Assembly: GCA_026770705.1 (NCBI GenBank)
Contig: JANJGN010000034.1
Span: 6,882,001-6,946,000 of the forward strand
Direction of reading: 5' to 3'
DNA from: Isurus oxyrinchus
Taxonomy: Eukaryota
Length of the DNA: 64,000 nt
The translations under genes and the position numbers were made by a program. This document shows positions 1 through 12,847 of the stretch, in pieces (positions within the stretch are counted from its first letter, which is position 1; the number at the start of each line of letters is the position of its first letter). The notes below the pieces were generated by a model that saw only the letters and a list, made by a program, of their open reading frames with translations, was not told the origin of the DNA and ran no database searches.

Positions 1-59
1 CAATTTGATGTTATCAATGGGCAGAAAATTACTTAGAGAGCAGAAACAATGCATGCACA

Positions 60-250
60 TAGAGTATTGAAAGTCAGAGCATTCTACAAAGAGAACACTA
101 CAAGGTCTTCAAATAATGGTGGACATGCAGTGAAATGTCATCTCTCAGAGGGTCATTAAGTTTTCATTGAGAGCAATGGGGGCTGGGTCATTGAATACAT
201 TCAAGACTGAGTTGGACGGATTTATGTTCGATAAGTTCGACTGATGGATG
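60..250 (+). mobile_element. Degenerate CR1-type LINE 3' fragment
   Basis: 'gggtcattgaatacattcaagactgagttggacggattt' resembles the conserved CR1 ORF2 end (FKxxLDxF). Confidence 0.55.
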
Positions 251-2699
251 TCATGAGTTTCTGTCATGGGTGTTAATGCAATTGGAAGGGCGAATTATTG
301 ACCCACAGACCTTTGCAGATATCGGGAAGGCTACAACACGAGGTCGTGGCATCCGGGTGAATATTATGCCCTGTCGCATATTTGTACTGGTAGGCTTCTT
401 TCCGTGTTTTGAATTCGATGCAGCTTGATATAAAATGAACAGGGGTGTTCCAGAATATGATTTTTGAAATGCTAAATCTATTGTTTACATTCATTTCCTG
501 CTCAGGACTGCAATGGTTAGTCAGTCCTGGTTCACGCGGGTTGGGACTTTATTCACTCACGTCCACACAGAACTGAGATTTCTACCTCCTCCATTCTGTT
601 AATAAATGTCGAATTGTCTTAACCCACATTCATGACCTAAAGCAGTTCACAATGAAATCCATATCCGGATGAAGTTCTAAGAAAACAGTGCATCTGAAAA
701 GGGGCTGTCAACACTAAACTTGAAAGAAAACTATTTTTTCTTTCGATATCTCTTTTTCTACTGTTTTGTATAAACAAATGAACATCTCTAATGCGGAACA
801 AACAATGTTGAACACGTTAGAACCTGGGAACTTGTTTAGCGCTTCACTTCAACAGTTATTGGGAGCTGCAATTCTGCACCATGTACAATGTTACATTATG
901 TTCAGACAAATACAATCTGGAAGAATCTGTTTATCTTGCAGAATCGGAAACAAATTAAAAGTTATTGATTCATATGGCCTCAAGCTACTCAATACCTGAC
1001 TTCCGCATCATGGAAGTTAATGATTGGGTGAAGCTCCTTTTCCTGTTAATAGTTTAATGCGAAACTTCACAGTACAGGTCTTAAACTCTTCTGTGTATCT
1101 GCTGTTCTTCATCATGCATGGACTTCAACCTTTAATTAAATAGGGGTTGATATTCTGGTTTGACATTATGGTTGAAGGAAGTATAGAGCGGTCTATTAAG
1201 TTACAGATTATGGTGGGAAATAATGTTCTGTTAATCATTTTGCACAACAACTTAGAGATGTATAGATTTGTGTTGCAGTTACCAAGAGTGGCATAGTGTT
1301 AGCGCTGCACAGCATAATGGAGATTTTGCTCAATTTTGATAAAAGCATCTTCATCAGCACAAGGGCTGTACTGTGGACAACGCTTCAAATAACCTCAAGA
1401 CACGAAACGCCTGCGACGAGTAGATTCATATTAGGTGACGGCGAGTTCATATAGCTTTTGAAGTCATGATTCATCTCTTCTAGTCGGCCTCCGGCCCATT
1501 CCGTGAGATGTGTCCTTTAGGACTCGCCCATTTCATCCACTATTGATGGAAGCAAAGAGATCCTGCTAATGAATCTTGAATTACATCATCCTCTGACTGT
1601 TCTGTATGCTTTGCCTATCTACCATGTGAGGGCAATCTGCACTACTATGGCTTTATCACGTGAGGGGAGACAGTCGGCTGCAAACAGCAGCAGGGTTCAT
1701 TGCCACTGATTCAACTGATACTGTGAGACGCCATTAGGTTTGCACTCAATGATCAAAATTGCCTTCTGAGTCCACGCCCCTGTGCCTCCTGCGTGTGTGT
1801 CTCTATCCTGCTGACTAGCCAGAAAATGTGCATAAATGTATTTTGAGATGGCTGAAATTCTTTGGATATGAGTATATTCTGATGTTTCGTCACGACTCTG
1901 TGGGAAAAATCTTTGAAATTCAGCATGAATCAGTTAACTAATCTGTAGGCTCTATGGGTTTTTGGAGGTTGAATCTTTCTAGTGCTTAAGTTGTTGTTGC
2001 GTGGTTCGTCAGTTTATTGTTAAACATTGTTGTAGCGGTTTGTGCAACTGAAACGATCGCACCATTCCATTGGACACTAATGTGCCAGAAGGGCTTTTCC
2101 AACAACCGGACAATTACGGTGTCGTCGCTATCAATGTGAAATCTGCATACAATATCCAATTCGATTTGATGAAGATGATATCCACACATGGTTATTGTAA
2201 CTGAAGTGATTGCAGAAGAAGGAAGGAAAATGTGTGCTGAAGAAATAGACGCATCACTCGACAAATTGTTCCAGTAAATCCAAAACACTCGAATTTATGA
2301 GAGAATTTTGGCATTCGCCCAGTTACATGTAAAATGCAGGTCAAATATAATTTGTTCACATGCAGCCCAATCAGTCTATTGCAAATCACCAGCAAAGCCA
2401 TGTAAGATACTCTCAACAGTCATACACAGTGGCACATACACATGAATAGTCAATTCACAGACATGGTGAAACATGCTCCAAACTGTGAACTCCACAGCTG
2501 AGGCAATTGTTGATCTCCTTGAAATCAAGGCAGAATTTGACCGATCATCCTATCCAAGAGCTGGACAAGGAGATAGAAAAGTTGAAAGGAATAAGGGTCC
2601 CTTGAAATGTTTGAAGCCTTTTGGAGTAACGCATCCTAATTCCAGTGCTCCACTAACGAAACTGTGAAAATTCTGCTCTGATTCTCCTTGTGTTACTGA

Positions 2700-2820
2700 A
2701 GACGATGCGGAGGGTATTTATGATAGTTTTGATGGTGATGGCCTGGAGCAGGTCGATAGAGATTTCGAACTTAATGCTGGCGATGGTGATGATGGTAATG
2801 TTGATGATGACCATGAAGAG
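2700..2820 (+). repeat. Degenerate (GAT/GGT)n low-complexity tract
   Basis: gatggtgatg...gatggtgatgatggtaatgttgatgatgac; a similar tract lies at 16190-16360. Confidence 0.6.
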
Positions 2821-2959
2821 TGTTATAAAAGCTACGTACTAAAATTGATTTAAATTCGGAGGCTGAGAACTCCAGTTCCTAACGGGCCTCTGGCTGTTCA
2901 CGCATTCCTCAGATGGGAAATAGTCATTCCTGCGCAGTTGGTTTGTTTTAATTTTTCAG

Positions 2960-3004
2960 CCTTCAACAGGCGATGTGCGCATTCGGAGCTGAGGAAACAA
3001 ATAA
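2960..3004 (+). CDS. Candidate 45-nt phase-1 microexon (xFNRRCAHSELRKQI)
   Basis: Strong acceptor tttgttttaatttttcag, donor A|gtaaaa; open in phase 1; not of the repeat consensus. Confidence 0.4.
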
Positions 3005-3367
3005 GTAAAAAGGCGCCAAACTACGGGAGGGCCGGCTTGAAACCGACAGCCATTGAGAAGAAGGTATCCCAAAAAGCAGGAGATGGGATTATGTTGATTT
3101 TTAGGCATTGCGGGGAAAGTCGGAGGGGCGGTGGGAGTGGGTGTGAGAGTGCTGTGGGGCAGGGGGAGAGAGAGACAGGGAGAAGGTCCGGAACCGGGGC
3201 AGAAAGAGGTCCCAGGCGAAGTTTGCATGCAAGGACAAAAGAGTTCAGAATGATGCTGCAAAAGAATGGAGAAGGACGAGGATCAGGAATAGTTCCAGCT
3301 AAATAAAGTTGATAGAAAAGAGCAGAGAAATGGGCTCTAAGTACCAGACAGGGATTCGAGCGGCAGA

Positions 3368-3376
3368 CCGGAAGTG
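3368..3376 (+). promoter_or_regulatory. ETS/GABP-type motif CCGGAAGTG in a CpG-enriched patch
   Basis: Exact motif about 100 bp upstream of a Kozak-like agcATGG (ATG at 3472). Confidence 0.35.
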
Positions 3377-3692
3377 ATGTGGTTTTGAAAGGAGCAGCAA
3401 GGTCCGCGTAGGCTGCCGAAGTTTGGTCAGTCCATCGTGTGGTCTTTTGGTGCACTGGTAATCTGCTCAGCATGGCGGAAGATGTGAGAGTCTGCTTGGA
3501 ATTTGAAATGCGAATTTCCTCTGAGATGCAGGGGAAAAGGCATCTCAGAAGGCGAGATTCAAACTCTCGATGAGCTGCTGAAGCCGTTCGATTGGGAAAG
3601 ATGTGAAAATAATTCCAGGGGAAGTTATTCAAACCTGGAAATCGGAGACCTTCTTGACAAAGACGGTATTGCAGTGAGACTGCTTGGCTCAG

Positions 3693-3710
3693 AATGTGAC
3701 AAAAATCAAG
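3693..3710 (+). CDS. Candidate 18-nt phase-1 microexon (xCDKNQ), or 3' end of a longer exon (frame open from 3488)
   Basis: tgcttggctcag|AATGTGACAAAAATCAAG|gtagct; the donor falls in phase 1 of ORF 3503-3832. Confidence 0.4.
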
Positions 3711-4789
3711 GTAGCTTTTTGAGAAACCCATGGAAACTGATTAGATTGCGCCTGTCATTTACTCTGTGGTGCGGTATGCATGACTACAATTGGCTTGTTA
3801 ATTCACATGTTCCCCATAATTACTCTGAATAAATTAGTATAACATATACATTGCAAATGCAGTTATATTTCGACATTTTTTGAACAGGAGACCAGCAATT
3901 TGATGAGAAGCAATAGTATGAACAGGCAAGAAGTGACAGAATAATTAAAATATTGAAATCTCCAAACGGTCATTAATTGAAGAAGACAGATTTCCAAGTC
4001 AGGTGTAAGGATGGAGAATGCTAGCGAAACAGCAGGAGGCAAAGTCACGGAGTGAGCTGAACATCAGTTTGAGCAACTGAAATAATTCTGAGCTCCTGAT
4101 AGTGGCTTCTGTATCTGTTGTATTCTGGGTGCTGTTGTGGTCAGTTTCCCTCTCCTAGTGGAATTCCTGCATGTCTTTAGTTTCTTCTTGTTGGGGAAGG
4201 AGCTGGCGAGGTAACCAGAGAACTTAAGTGCACAGTGGCGCTGTGGAAGTCTGTATTACGTGACACTGCTAAATATATTTTCATTGCAGTTGATTAAGCA
4301 ATTGTAATGAACTAGCCAATGCTGTTGACAAACAATAGTATGGCATATCAAACATCTGAACCGACGTTATGCATGCTGAACTATCGCCCAAGGCATATTT
4401 CTACACCAGGTTTTCGGGTGGTTATGGAGAATATTGAAATCATTTGTGTGGTAAGGCTCTGTACATACAGGAGAATTAAATAGGCTGCAGAGGCAAAATT
4501 GGCAGAATCACATTCTGCCCCGTTCATAGAATTCATGCTCTGCTAAATTACATTGGATGCAAGCACAAAGAATATAAGACATGCTACGTCGGAAACAATA
4601 CTGCGAGATTTGAGTTCCTGCTCTTCTCCAGTTTCACTGATAAATCGCTCAGGCGCAGTCTCCTGAAAGGCTTACAGCGTTAAACAGCTGTGTGAAGTCT
4701 TTTGAAATATTACTCAGTTCTCCTGAAGTGGAAAAGCCGGATTTATTTTTATAATTCACTCTTGCTCTCTCTCTCTCTCTCTGCTCCAG

Positions 4790-4825
4790 AACTATCTGCA
4801 TGTGTAGATTCACTGAAGGAAGTGG
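4790..4825 (+). pseudogene. 36-nt Cys-type microexon with defective donor (ELSACVDSLKEV)
   Basis: (CT)n-ctgctccag acceptor; matches repeat consensus; followed by ttaaaa instead of gt. Confidence 0.7.
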
Positions 4826-6201
4826 TTAAAAAGTCATATCTACTTTTTACTTCTTCGTGCAGTCATCATACTCAATAAGTCAATGATGCTCTTGACCTTA
4901 ATTATGCATCAGGAAAGTCCACCCTGCATTCATATATGTAGATGAGAAAAGGGATATTCCAACTTGCTGTTTATGGTTTATGGCAAAGCAGGTTCTATGA
5001 ACGTCGCTCCTCCAAAACTCTGTTTAAAATAAACCAAAGAAAAGAAAGTTCCAGAATATCATCTTTGCTGTGCTTTGAGTTGCATAGCCTTTGGATATGA
5101 TGTCAAAATTTATAGTATTAGTTTCAAAACCCTTCAGTCGCAAAATCCATTCCTCATGTCTTTAACGTCCTCCAAACGGTAACCAGCGTTGAAATGGGTA
5201 CTACTATAAATCTGTCCTCCCTTCTATCCTAAATTAAAAATTAGAACCATTAATGGCAGCACTTTCAGCTGCATGGTTGTATGTTTAGGAGTTAATTACT
5301 TACATTTCCACATGTCCAAAAAAACACTATTTTATATTGTTCCTTGAAATTCAACTATTTCATCAATATTCTGGACAGCTTTACTGATGCAAACATGGAA
5401 CAGATTTTAAATTCACCAAATATATTTAATCAGTTCTTGGGAAAAAATCATATTTTCATCTAAGTTTGAATGCCGCCTAAAAGGTGAATTGTTGAGGAAA
5501 TAATTTGCAACTACGTTCTTCTGGGCTGCATTGTATGGTTCATGTTGAACAATGATCTCCAAACATTTTGACTTACGAATAAAGCTGCTTCATAGCATGG
5601 GTTGTGGAGATAGGATTGTTACGATAAAAATTACTGAGGCATTTTAAAGGTCAGTGGCAAGTTATTTGAAAATGTATAACAGTATGGTGTTGGATTATGG
5701 TAGAAATAATAGGACCCTCCGTATTGAATTGAAAACAATGCTGGGAAATGGCAGAAAAGCAAAATAATTCAGGTTTTCAGATAGATGCATCAATAGAAGT
5801 GGAAATATATGTGAATGAGGCCTTTAGAATCAAATTTCAAAAAGTGTACATTTCAGGAGCAAAATATTTGTGAAGTTCTTAGCAAATATATTGCCACAAA
5901 GATGATAGGGCAGAATTTTACGTTCGTCGGTCAGGTGGGTCCAACCGAATCGGCAGCGGGCGGCTGGCCAATTGCAGCTGATGAAATGGGCCATGCGCCA
6001 TTTTCCGTTGGCAGTCCAATTAAGGCCCGCCCTGCAGGTAAGCGACTCCCGTGGAGGATGGGAAAATAGTTGTGGGGGCGGGTGGCTTCAGACATGTTAC
6101 TCCCATGGGCAAACGGCAGCCTGCATAAAGTGTGGCCAGAGAGCCTACTTGCGGCATAGCACCGTGGCCATTCAAAGAGAGAGGTCCGAGTGGACAGCAG
6201 C

Positions 6202-9120
6202 ATGATCATGAGGAGGAAGTGGACGGTGTGGGGGGCAGGCTACAGGCGATTTTGCGATGCAGTCCTTATTGTCCTTCTGCAAGAGGTGGGCTTCCGTTGG
6301 CACCTTCTGTATCCAGAGGATTTGGAGGAGGAGGGCCTCCCATGCCACCAACCAGGCGTGGGAGGAGGAGGTTGACGCTGTAAGTGCGGTTGATGATGTG
6401 CGGTGCACAGGCACTCAGTACAGGAAACAATTCATTGATTTGCTGCGCTCTGGAAGGATGACTATCATGACTGCCTTGGCCATTTGACCCAGAAGGCAGC
6501 CTGAGACTATGGCTCACCCCACCTCCCACCCTCATTTGCTGCTGTTACTGCATAGGGCAGCAGTCGCAAGCTAGGTGGGCAAATGAGTACTGGCCATCCT
6601 TACACCAGCCTAAGTGGTTGTAGAGAAGAGTTCTCCCGACAGCATGTGTTTGTCTTTGTGGCTTTTGAGTATTCTGCGGACAACCTGCACTGAAGGCCGC
6701 ACAGCAAATGCACAGAACTCCACCGCAAGTCATATTTATGGTATTGAGTTGTTGCAAGGTGTGCTTCAAGTAGTTTAGGGCAAGTACCATCTATTGACAT
6801 CTGCGTTGCACCTAGTTTCTCCTCCTTGACATCGGTGCTAAGAGACATATGCTATTCAAAGTGCCCAATGCCGAATCTGTCCAAGGTGGCCAATGGGGAA
6901 GTGTGTTGGGACCAGCCGTGTAATCTTCTGAGGACTGATCACCAGTACTGTGGACAGGAGCTGCTGGAGACCTTAGAGGGACCACTGTGGTTGGGGTGTG
7001 GCAAGCGCCTGCACACTAAATGAGCGAGCAGCCCCAATTAATCCTCTTCACTTTTTTGCAGGCAAAAACACACCACAATGCCTGGAAATGGCAAAGGACT
7101 GGAGGTGGGCGCACACTCATGCAGCGACTCAGGCGTTTTGAAGTGCAGGCCATGGAGCTGGGCAGGGTTCAGGAGCCAGGGCAGTCCGAGGCAGCAAGGC
7201 TGGGGTCCAGCAGGCAGGTATTTGAGGTTCACAGTCCCATTCACTCTGTCTGCACACAATTCAACCCACTCGTGGTTGGTGTAATCGTTAATGCTGAAAC
7301 AATGCTCGTAAAAGTTCTGAAACATTCTGACGTGTGGATCAAACAGACAGGATCCTCATCCCCTTGAGGAATCGTGTCTCCACCACGTTTCAAAGTCACA
7401 CTATTCCATTCAGGATCACTATCACCACGGTCTAATTCCATTGGATCGCTGCTGCACGTTAAAAAACTTATTTTATATGAGTGCCTTTGCGACCTCCAGC
7501 ACCCTTTCCCCCAGTGTGCCCAACATTACTCTGTCCAAACAATCGTCAGCATCTCAGCTGTGAGATTCATGTCACTCAGCTGAGATGAATTCCACCACAA
7601 AACTCATCCCTATGCCAAGGGGAAATATTGCCTTCTGCCCACCCGGTCTATGCCCCCCCCCCCCCCCCCCCCTTATGGAAAGAAGGTCAGTAATGTGACC
7701 TCTCAGTCTCCTGTGATCAACGGCAAATCTCGCTACTGTTTGTGATGCTTCCTCAGACCCACAACTGTGCAGTCGACAAAGCATCTAGGTCAGGTACCTC
7801 TGCACTCTCCCCACTCCTATTGTTCATAACACGCAATGCAGCATCTCTGAAGGTATCTGACCAGTTGGCCTGCATATCCGTTTAATGTTTTGGTCTTTTC
7901 TTGACTCCTTTTCATCTCACCAACTTTCTTCTCCTTAAGGTCTTGAAGGGTGAGCGACTTATGAGCCTGGGAAGGAAAATGATGAAAGGTTGAAGTGAAT
8001 GTACGCTAACTTATGCACTGTCAGTGTTGTTAATTTCAGCATCACCAGCAGAGCGACCCGCACATCAACCCTGCTGTCTCCGCTACCAGCCTGTGGGCCA
8101 AAAAGTGCAAATTGCGACACAGCAAATTTCTCAAAACTCTTGACATCGTCAGGTTGGTCCGTCTTGTATTTCAGGCACACAACATCATCACTCACTTTCA
8201 AGGAGAGACGCCCAGCACAGTGTTGATACTTAACGACCATATGAACCATCATGGTCCCCGTCAGACACAGTTTCTCAACCGCTTTGACGGAATCCTCCCA
8301 GTTCTGGATATAAGTCAGCCATTCAACAGCGCAGACACACACACCTCGATGGGGCCTTTACAGTAGGTAGCGTCTTGGTTCACAGTTGAGATCGCTGGAG
8401 GAGACGGTCAGGGCAGAGAATGCCAATGGCAAAAGCAGCTATAGGGCTACAAGGAACGAGGCACATGCTGAGACCAGCACTGATGACGTGCCTCTGGTGT
8501 TGTGCCCATTGCAGCAGCAGCAGGAAAGGCGACAGGAAGTGCATTTGCATCTGGCAAGGTTGCTTGAGGGAATGTTTCAGTTGCTGTCTGCGACGGAGGA
8601 GTCTAGACAGATTGCACATGAAGCATCCACCTCAGGGCAGAGCATCAGTGTTCCTTCAAAGAGAGATTGCCGACACCAATAGAGAGTGGCTTCCACCAAA
8701 TTGATCAAAATATGATTGGTTTACGCTCTGACCTGCAAGCACTCACAGCGCTTCTGGCCACAGGTGGTGTTTTGCACTGTGGGAGATCTTGTGGACCTCA
8801 AGAACCAGCAATCAGTGTCCATGCATATGCGGTGAACACGGAGGTAAATTTGGACCTCACGTCGGTGCAGCAGCTGCCTGCCATCGCTGCAAGCTCCTCT
8901 CACATTGCTCCGGATAAGGGCAGCAGCTGCTCCTCCCCTCTGCAAGTAAACATTTCTTCCATTGAGGCTAAGACAATTGGGGAGGTGCCAGTTCTGGAAC
9001 TGGACACTCCCTCCAAGGCGGGGTCATCACAGGCAAATATGGAATCAGAGTCAGCAGGCTGTCTCTCAAGCCACTCCTAGCGATGGGGCGGCACCGAGAT
9101 GTAGCAGCCGATAACATAAG
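6202..9120 (+). pseudogene. Harbinger Myb/SANT-like DNA-binding protein gene (exons about 6202-6457, 7062-7217, 8040-9120), frameshifted
   Basis: RFCDAVLIVLLQEV..LYP / TNQAWEE..AVSAV..RCTGTQYRKQFIDLLRSGR trihelix motif; exon 2 KTHHNAWKWQRTGGG flanked by ttttttgcag and gtattt. Confidence 0.8.
8100..8318 (-). pseudogene. SRP9: Intronless SRP9-like sequence (signal recognition particle 9 kDa)
   Basis: LTYIQNWEDSVKAVEKLCLTGTMMVHMVVKYQHCAGRLSLKVSDDVVCLKYKTDQPDDVKSFEKF aligns without gaps to SRP9 as recalled (W-E-E..AEKLYL.DPMK.R..LKYRH.DG.L..KVTDD.VCL.YKTDQ..DVKK.EKF); start codon position reads CTG; C-terminus diverged. Confidence 0.9.
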
Positions 9121-9399
9121 CATAAGGCACCTAATCCATTGCACGGGTATGTCACTTGTGATTTTGTGATGGCCTTAGAATAGTGACCCATATTTTTGTG
9201 ATCTCTGAAAAGTGGTGTGTGTTCTTTTTTTGGAGAAAATAAATTCCACCCTTGTAAACATGGCTGAGGGTCTTTTGTTTGTGGTGCATTTTTCTTTTTT
9301 CAAATATTTATCATGAGTTTTTGAGTGCACATTGATGTTTCTGTACTAAACCCTTATTTGCAGCTGAACAGGTGGAAGATGTGGCAAGTAAGTGCCATG

Positions 9400-10600
9400 T
9401 CTGCAGGTGCCAGGTAATGTTGTTCCTGCTGATTCATTTGCATGGAGCTAGCTGAAGGCACTTTCAAATAAATTGTCGTGGGTTTCGCTGCCTCCTTGGT
9501 GTAAATGAGAGTCATCATTCCACCCCTTATCATTGCCCTGTGCTTCCTCATCCTTTGAGACACTGTTGGATTCATCATGTGCAGCCTCACCCAGGGCTTC
9601 AAGGTCTTCATTGTCAATGCCATCCCCCCTTTGAACCACAAGATTGTTCAGGGCGCAGCAGACTACCACTATCAGACAGACACGATCTGAGGGGTACTGG
9701 ACTGTGGACCCTGAGCGGCCCAGGCTACAGAAGCCAATCTTGAGAAAACTGAAAGCTCTCTCCACCACAGGCTTGAGGTACCCTGGCTCCTATTGTACCA
9801 AAGCTCAGCTCCTGTTCTTGCATACTGTAGCAGCGTCATGAGTCAACGTCTGAGGGGATAGCCCTTGTCACCGAGCAGCCAATCATCCAGCAGAGCTGGA
9901 GCACTGAAGAGACGCAGCATCTAGGAGTGTCTGAGGATGTTGACATCACGGGAGCTGCATGGATACCTTGCACAGACATGTAAAATCTGCATCCTCTGAT
10001 CACACGCTATCTGCACGTTCATTGAGTGGAAACCCTTTCTGTTGATGAAGGCACTGGATTTACCTTGGCGCCTTGATGGCCACATGTATGCAGTCTACAG
10101 CACCCTGGACGCGTGGGAAGGCAGCAATGGGGCGAAGGCTCTGGTTCGATTTGCCTGACTTGCCTGGTTCCAGCGGAAGTGGATGAAGGTGGATACATGA
10201 ACAGCTGATTGGGAGACACTGCCAAGATCACCCACTGAGCCCTGGAAGGACGCAGCGGCATTGAATTGGAGGGCAAATGTGAGCTTCAGAGTCACTGGCA
10301 TGAGCTGTCCAGCCACACAGTTAGGGGCAATCTCAGGGCCAATCATATGACAGACATAGTTGACTGTCTCCCTTGACAGTTGGAGCCTGCTTCGGCCCTG
10401 TGCCTCAGTTATAATGAGGAAGCAGCTTCACCACCTGTATACCTTGGCAGCTGGATAATGGCATCATCTTTGGCCCCTTGCACCTTGGACAGCCCCTTGG
10501 ACCTGCGCTCCATGGGCTTGTGCCTGGACTCCCAAAAGTGCCTCCCTTAGAGGCTGATAGTCCAGTCTTGGCCTCCTCATGATTCCATCCCTCCATTCAT
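9400..10600 (-). pseudogene. Harbinger (HARBI1-like, DDE_Tnp_4) transposase with stops and frameshifts
   Basis: Motifs LKLTFAL..AAASFQGSVGDL.SVSQSAVH, GAVDCIHVAIKAP, KGFHSMNVQIACD, LLGDKGYPL, VERAFSFLK, CCALNNL. Confidence 0.92.
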
Positions 10601-11785
10601 CCACAGGGGAGCTGCCTCCACTGGAGAGTTCGGAACCCATAACCCCAGGCTAAATGGAGACCTGTGGAATGCTGCGAGGCCAAAAAGGAATGCTGTCTTC
10701 AGAATGCTTTTACTTTACACAAAAAAACTCTTGGACATCGATGAAAACTGCAAACATTCACAGAGTTATGATTTAAACAGTTTCATCAATTATAACTTCG
10801 TGAAAAACAGGAACAACCCCTCTGAGTTCACATATCCCGACATTGCAAAAGTTTTCTTAAATAATCTCCTACCCACCTTCCCCTTGGGCCCGTGCGCCTA
10901 ACTGAAGTTTGCACGGGCCCCTCAAAATCGCACACAATTGGCAAGTTAAAGGGCTTAACGCGTTCTTCAATTAAAGGAGGGCGAGCTGATTGCTCCCACC
11001 CACAGAAATATCGAGATGGGGAGTGCGGATGTCAGCACTGATGTGCGGGAAACGCCATCCGGATGTCAGCCGGAACATTCTGGCCTATATAAGCGTCTAC
11101 GTATGCTTACCTAGTGGTTATGTTGGTCTAGTGCTTACACAGAGAAGTGTAATAATGACTCGGCGCTATGAACTCAAATCACACCATGAAAGCTGTAAAC
11201 ATAAATTTCAATGAATGAAGAGATGCTGGATTGAAACAATCTAAAAATAAAGAAAACCAGAAGTAGTGAGTTTGCAACTTCCAGAAATTTGTGAAACTTC
11301 AGTGACTGCTGTAATACCTAGTGGGGAAGAAATGTGCCTCATGCGGACTGTCCTGAGGGAAGTTCAAGGATTTCGGCAATTACTTCTAGTTTCCCTTGTG
11401 AATGGCCGAGCAACTGATTTAGCTGCGCTTCATTATCAGCTTCTCAAGCTGATTAATTGTGTCCAATAAATGATGGTACTCGCAGAAAGCCCATCACTCA
11501 TAATAATGCTGGTAACAATAATAATTGATAAAAAATAATGATCATTCGATAACTGAAGGCTAATGGCCTCCATCTTAGAAAAGACATTTAAGTTACTAAC
11601 GATGGTTTACTAAAGATGTATATGGAAGATATCAGGACGTCATAACTGCTTGGACACATATAACAAGATGGAACTATTTACTCTAAAATGCAAAAGACGA
11701 AAATAAGACCACACTTGCTCTTAATAGTTTGCCATACTTCTGTACATTGAGCCCACACAGAAGTTTGTGTTTCTAAATTCCATTG

Positions 11786-11896
11786 CAGGATTTTATGCCA
11801 GCAGAGTTTGACGTTCCCGCAGAAGTGCATGAAGTTTAATATGACTCGCTGCAGTTTTCGGTTCTGCCCCCGGACGGTGCGGCAAAATTCTGGCCC
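11786..11896. mobile_element. Short Harbinger-type MITE remnant
   Basis: Ends gcaggattttatgcc ... ggcaaaattctggccc form an imperfect inverted repeat like the Harbinger TIR. Confidence 0.5.
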
Positions 11897-12306
11897 ACCA
11901 TGTAAGATTATCAATGCTAAATCTGGCATGTAATTTAAGAGCTACATCCACATTCAAGAAGCAGTCAGTAAATGGTAATCTTCGCCATAAGGGTTGGCTG
12001 AGGCCAAAGAATAGCTGCTTTTAAGGAAGATGGATGAGCAAGTGAGGATGAAAAGGGTACAATAGAAAAGTTTATTCTGATTCATACAGATGGAATAGTA
12101 ATAGAAGAGTATCATGGTTCTAGAATCAGCCACGGGCTAGTTAAGCTGACAGGCCTGTTGCTATGTAGTATGCCTTTATAGTTGATTGGCAACGCTCTGT
12201 GTCATAGAAGAACTACTGCTGAACAAAGGACGCTTTTCATTTTCAATATTTTTTGTTCAGTCGCACTTTGTGTGTGAAACATAATAAATTAACTGTTCCG
12301 TTACAG

Positions 12307-12333
12307 AAAAACAGTTGAAAGCAAAAGAAGAAG
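12307..12333 (+). CDS. 27-nt microexon EKQLKAKEE
   Basis: ccgttacag|...|gtaatt; phase 1-1; repeat consensus. Confidence 0.85.
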
Positions 12334-12847
12334 GTAATTATTTTTGAAATTCGGAGCATACAAACGAATCTGAACATTAATGTTTTCCCTTAGGCAAAAC
12401 GACTAATGCCCGATTAGTGACATCCTCGCCTGCAGCCGAGTTACTTGGTGGCTACAAGGCCCACTGCAATAAACTGGGAACTCTGGGTGGGTCTACAGAA
12501 AGTGTGTAGTATGCCTGAGGTTCAATTATTCACACAATACCTTGCACCACGACAGGACCTGTACTGTCAGGGTGATGAAAAGGAAATATTGCCATAATTT
12601 GAAACAATTAGAGGGGAATTATACTTGGCTTCTTATCCAACAGTTGTTCCTCAACCAACAAAACACACCATCTGCTCAATAAGTAGTTATTACTTGTCGG
12701 ATAGTTTTTTATGCACACTGACGAAAATTCGATGTTACCATAGCGAGGCCTTTCTGTTTAATAAATTAAACATTTTCAGAGTTGAATGCGCTGTAAGAAA
12801 TGTATTTTAAGAATAAGTTTGTTGACACATTTACTTATATTTTCCAG

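Larger units (their letters stand above)
5908..11086. mobile_element. PIF/Harbinger DNA transposon, near full length, decayed
   Basis: Imperfect TIRs GGGCAGAATTTT (5908) and AACATTCTGGCCT (to 11086); ATA on both flanks as a possible 3-bp TSD; convergent Myb/SANT and DDE transposase genes. Confidence 0.85.

Noticed and set aside
2060-2200. Insulin B-chain-like motif MCGYHLHQIELDIVC, with a CC motif near 330-350
   Set aside because: Spacing is off by one, there is no signal peptide, and the putative A chain lacks its last Cys; likely chance.
3021-3731. 236-aa minus-strand ORF
   Set aside because: Antisense to a GC/purine-rich patch, no recognisable domain.
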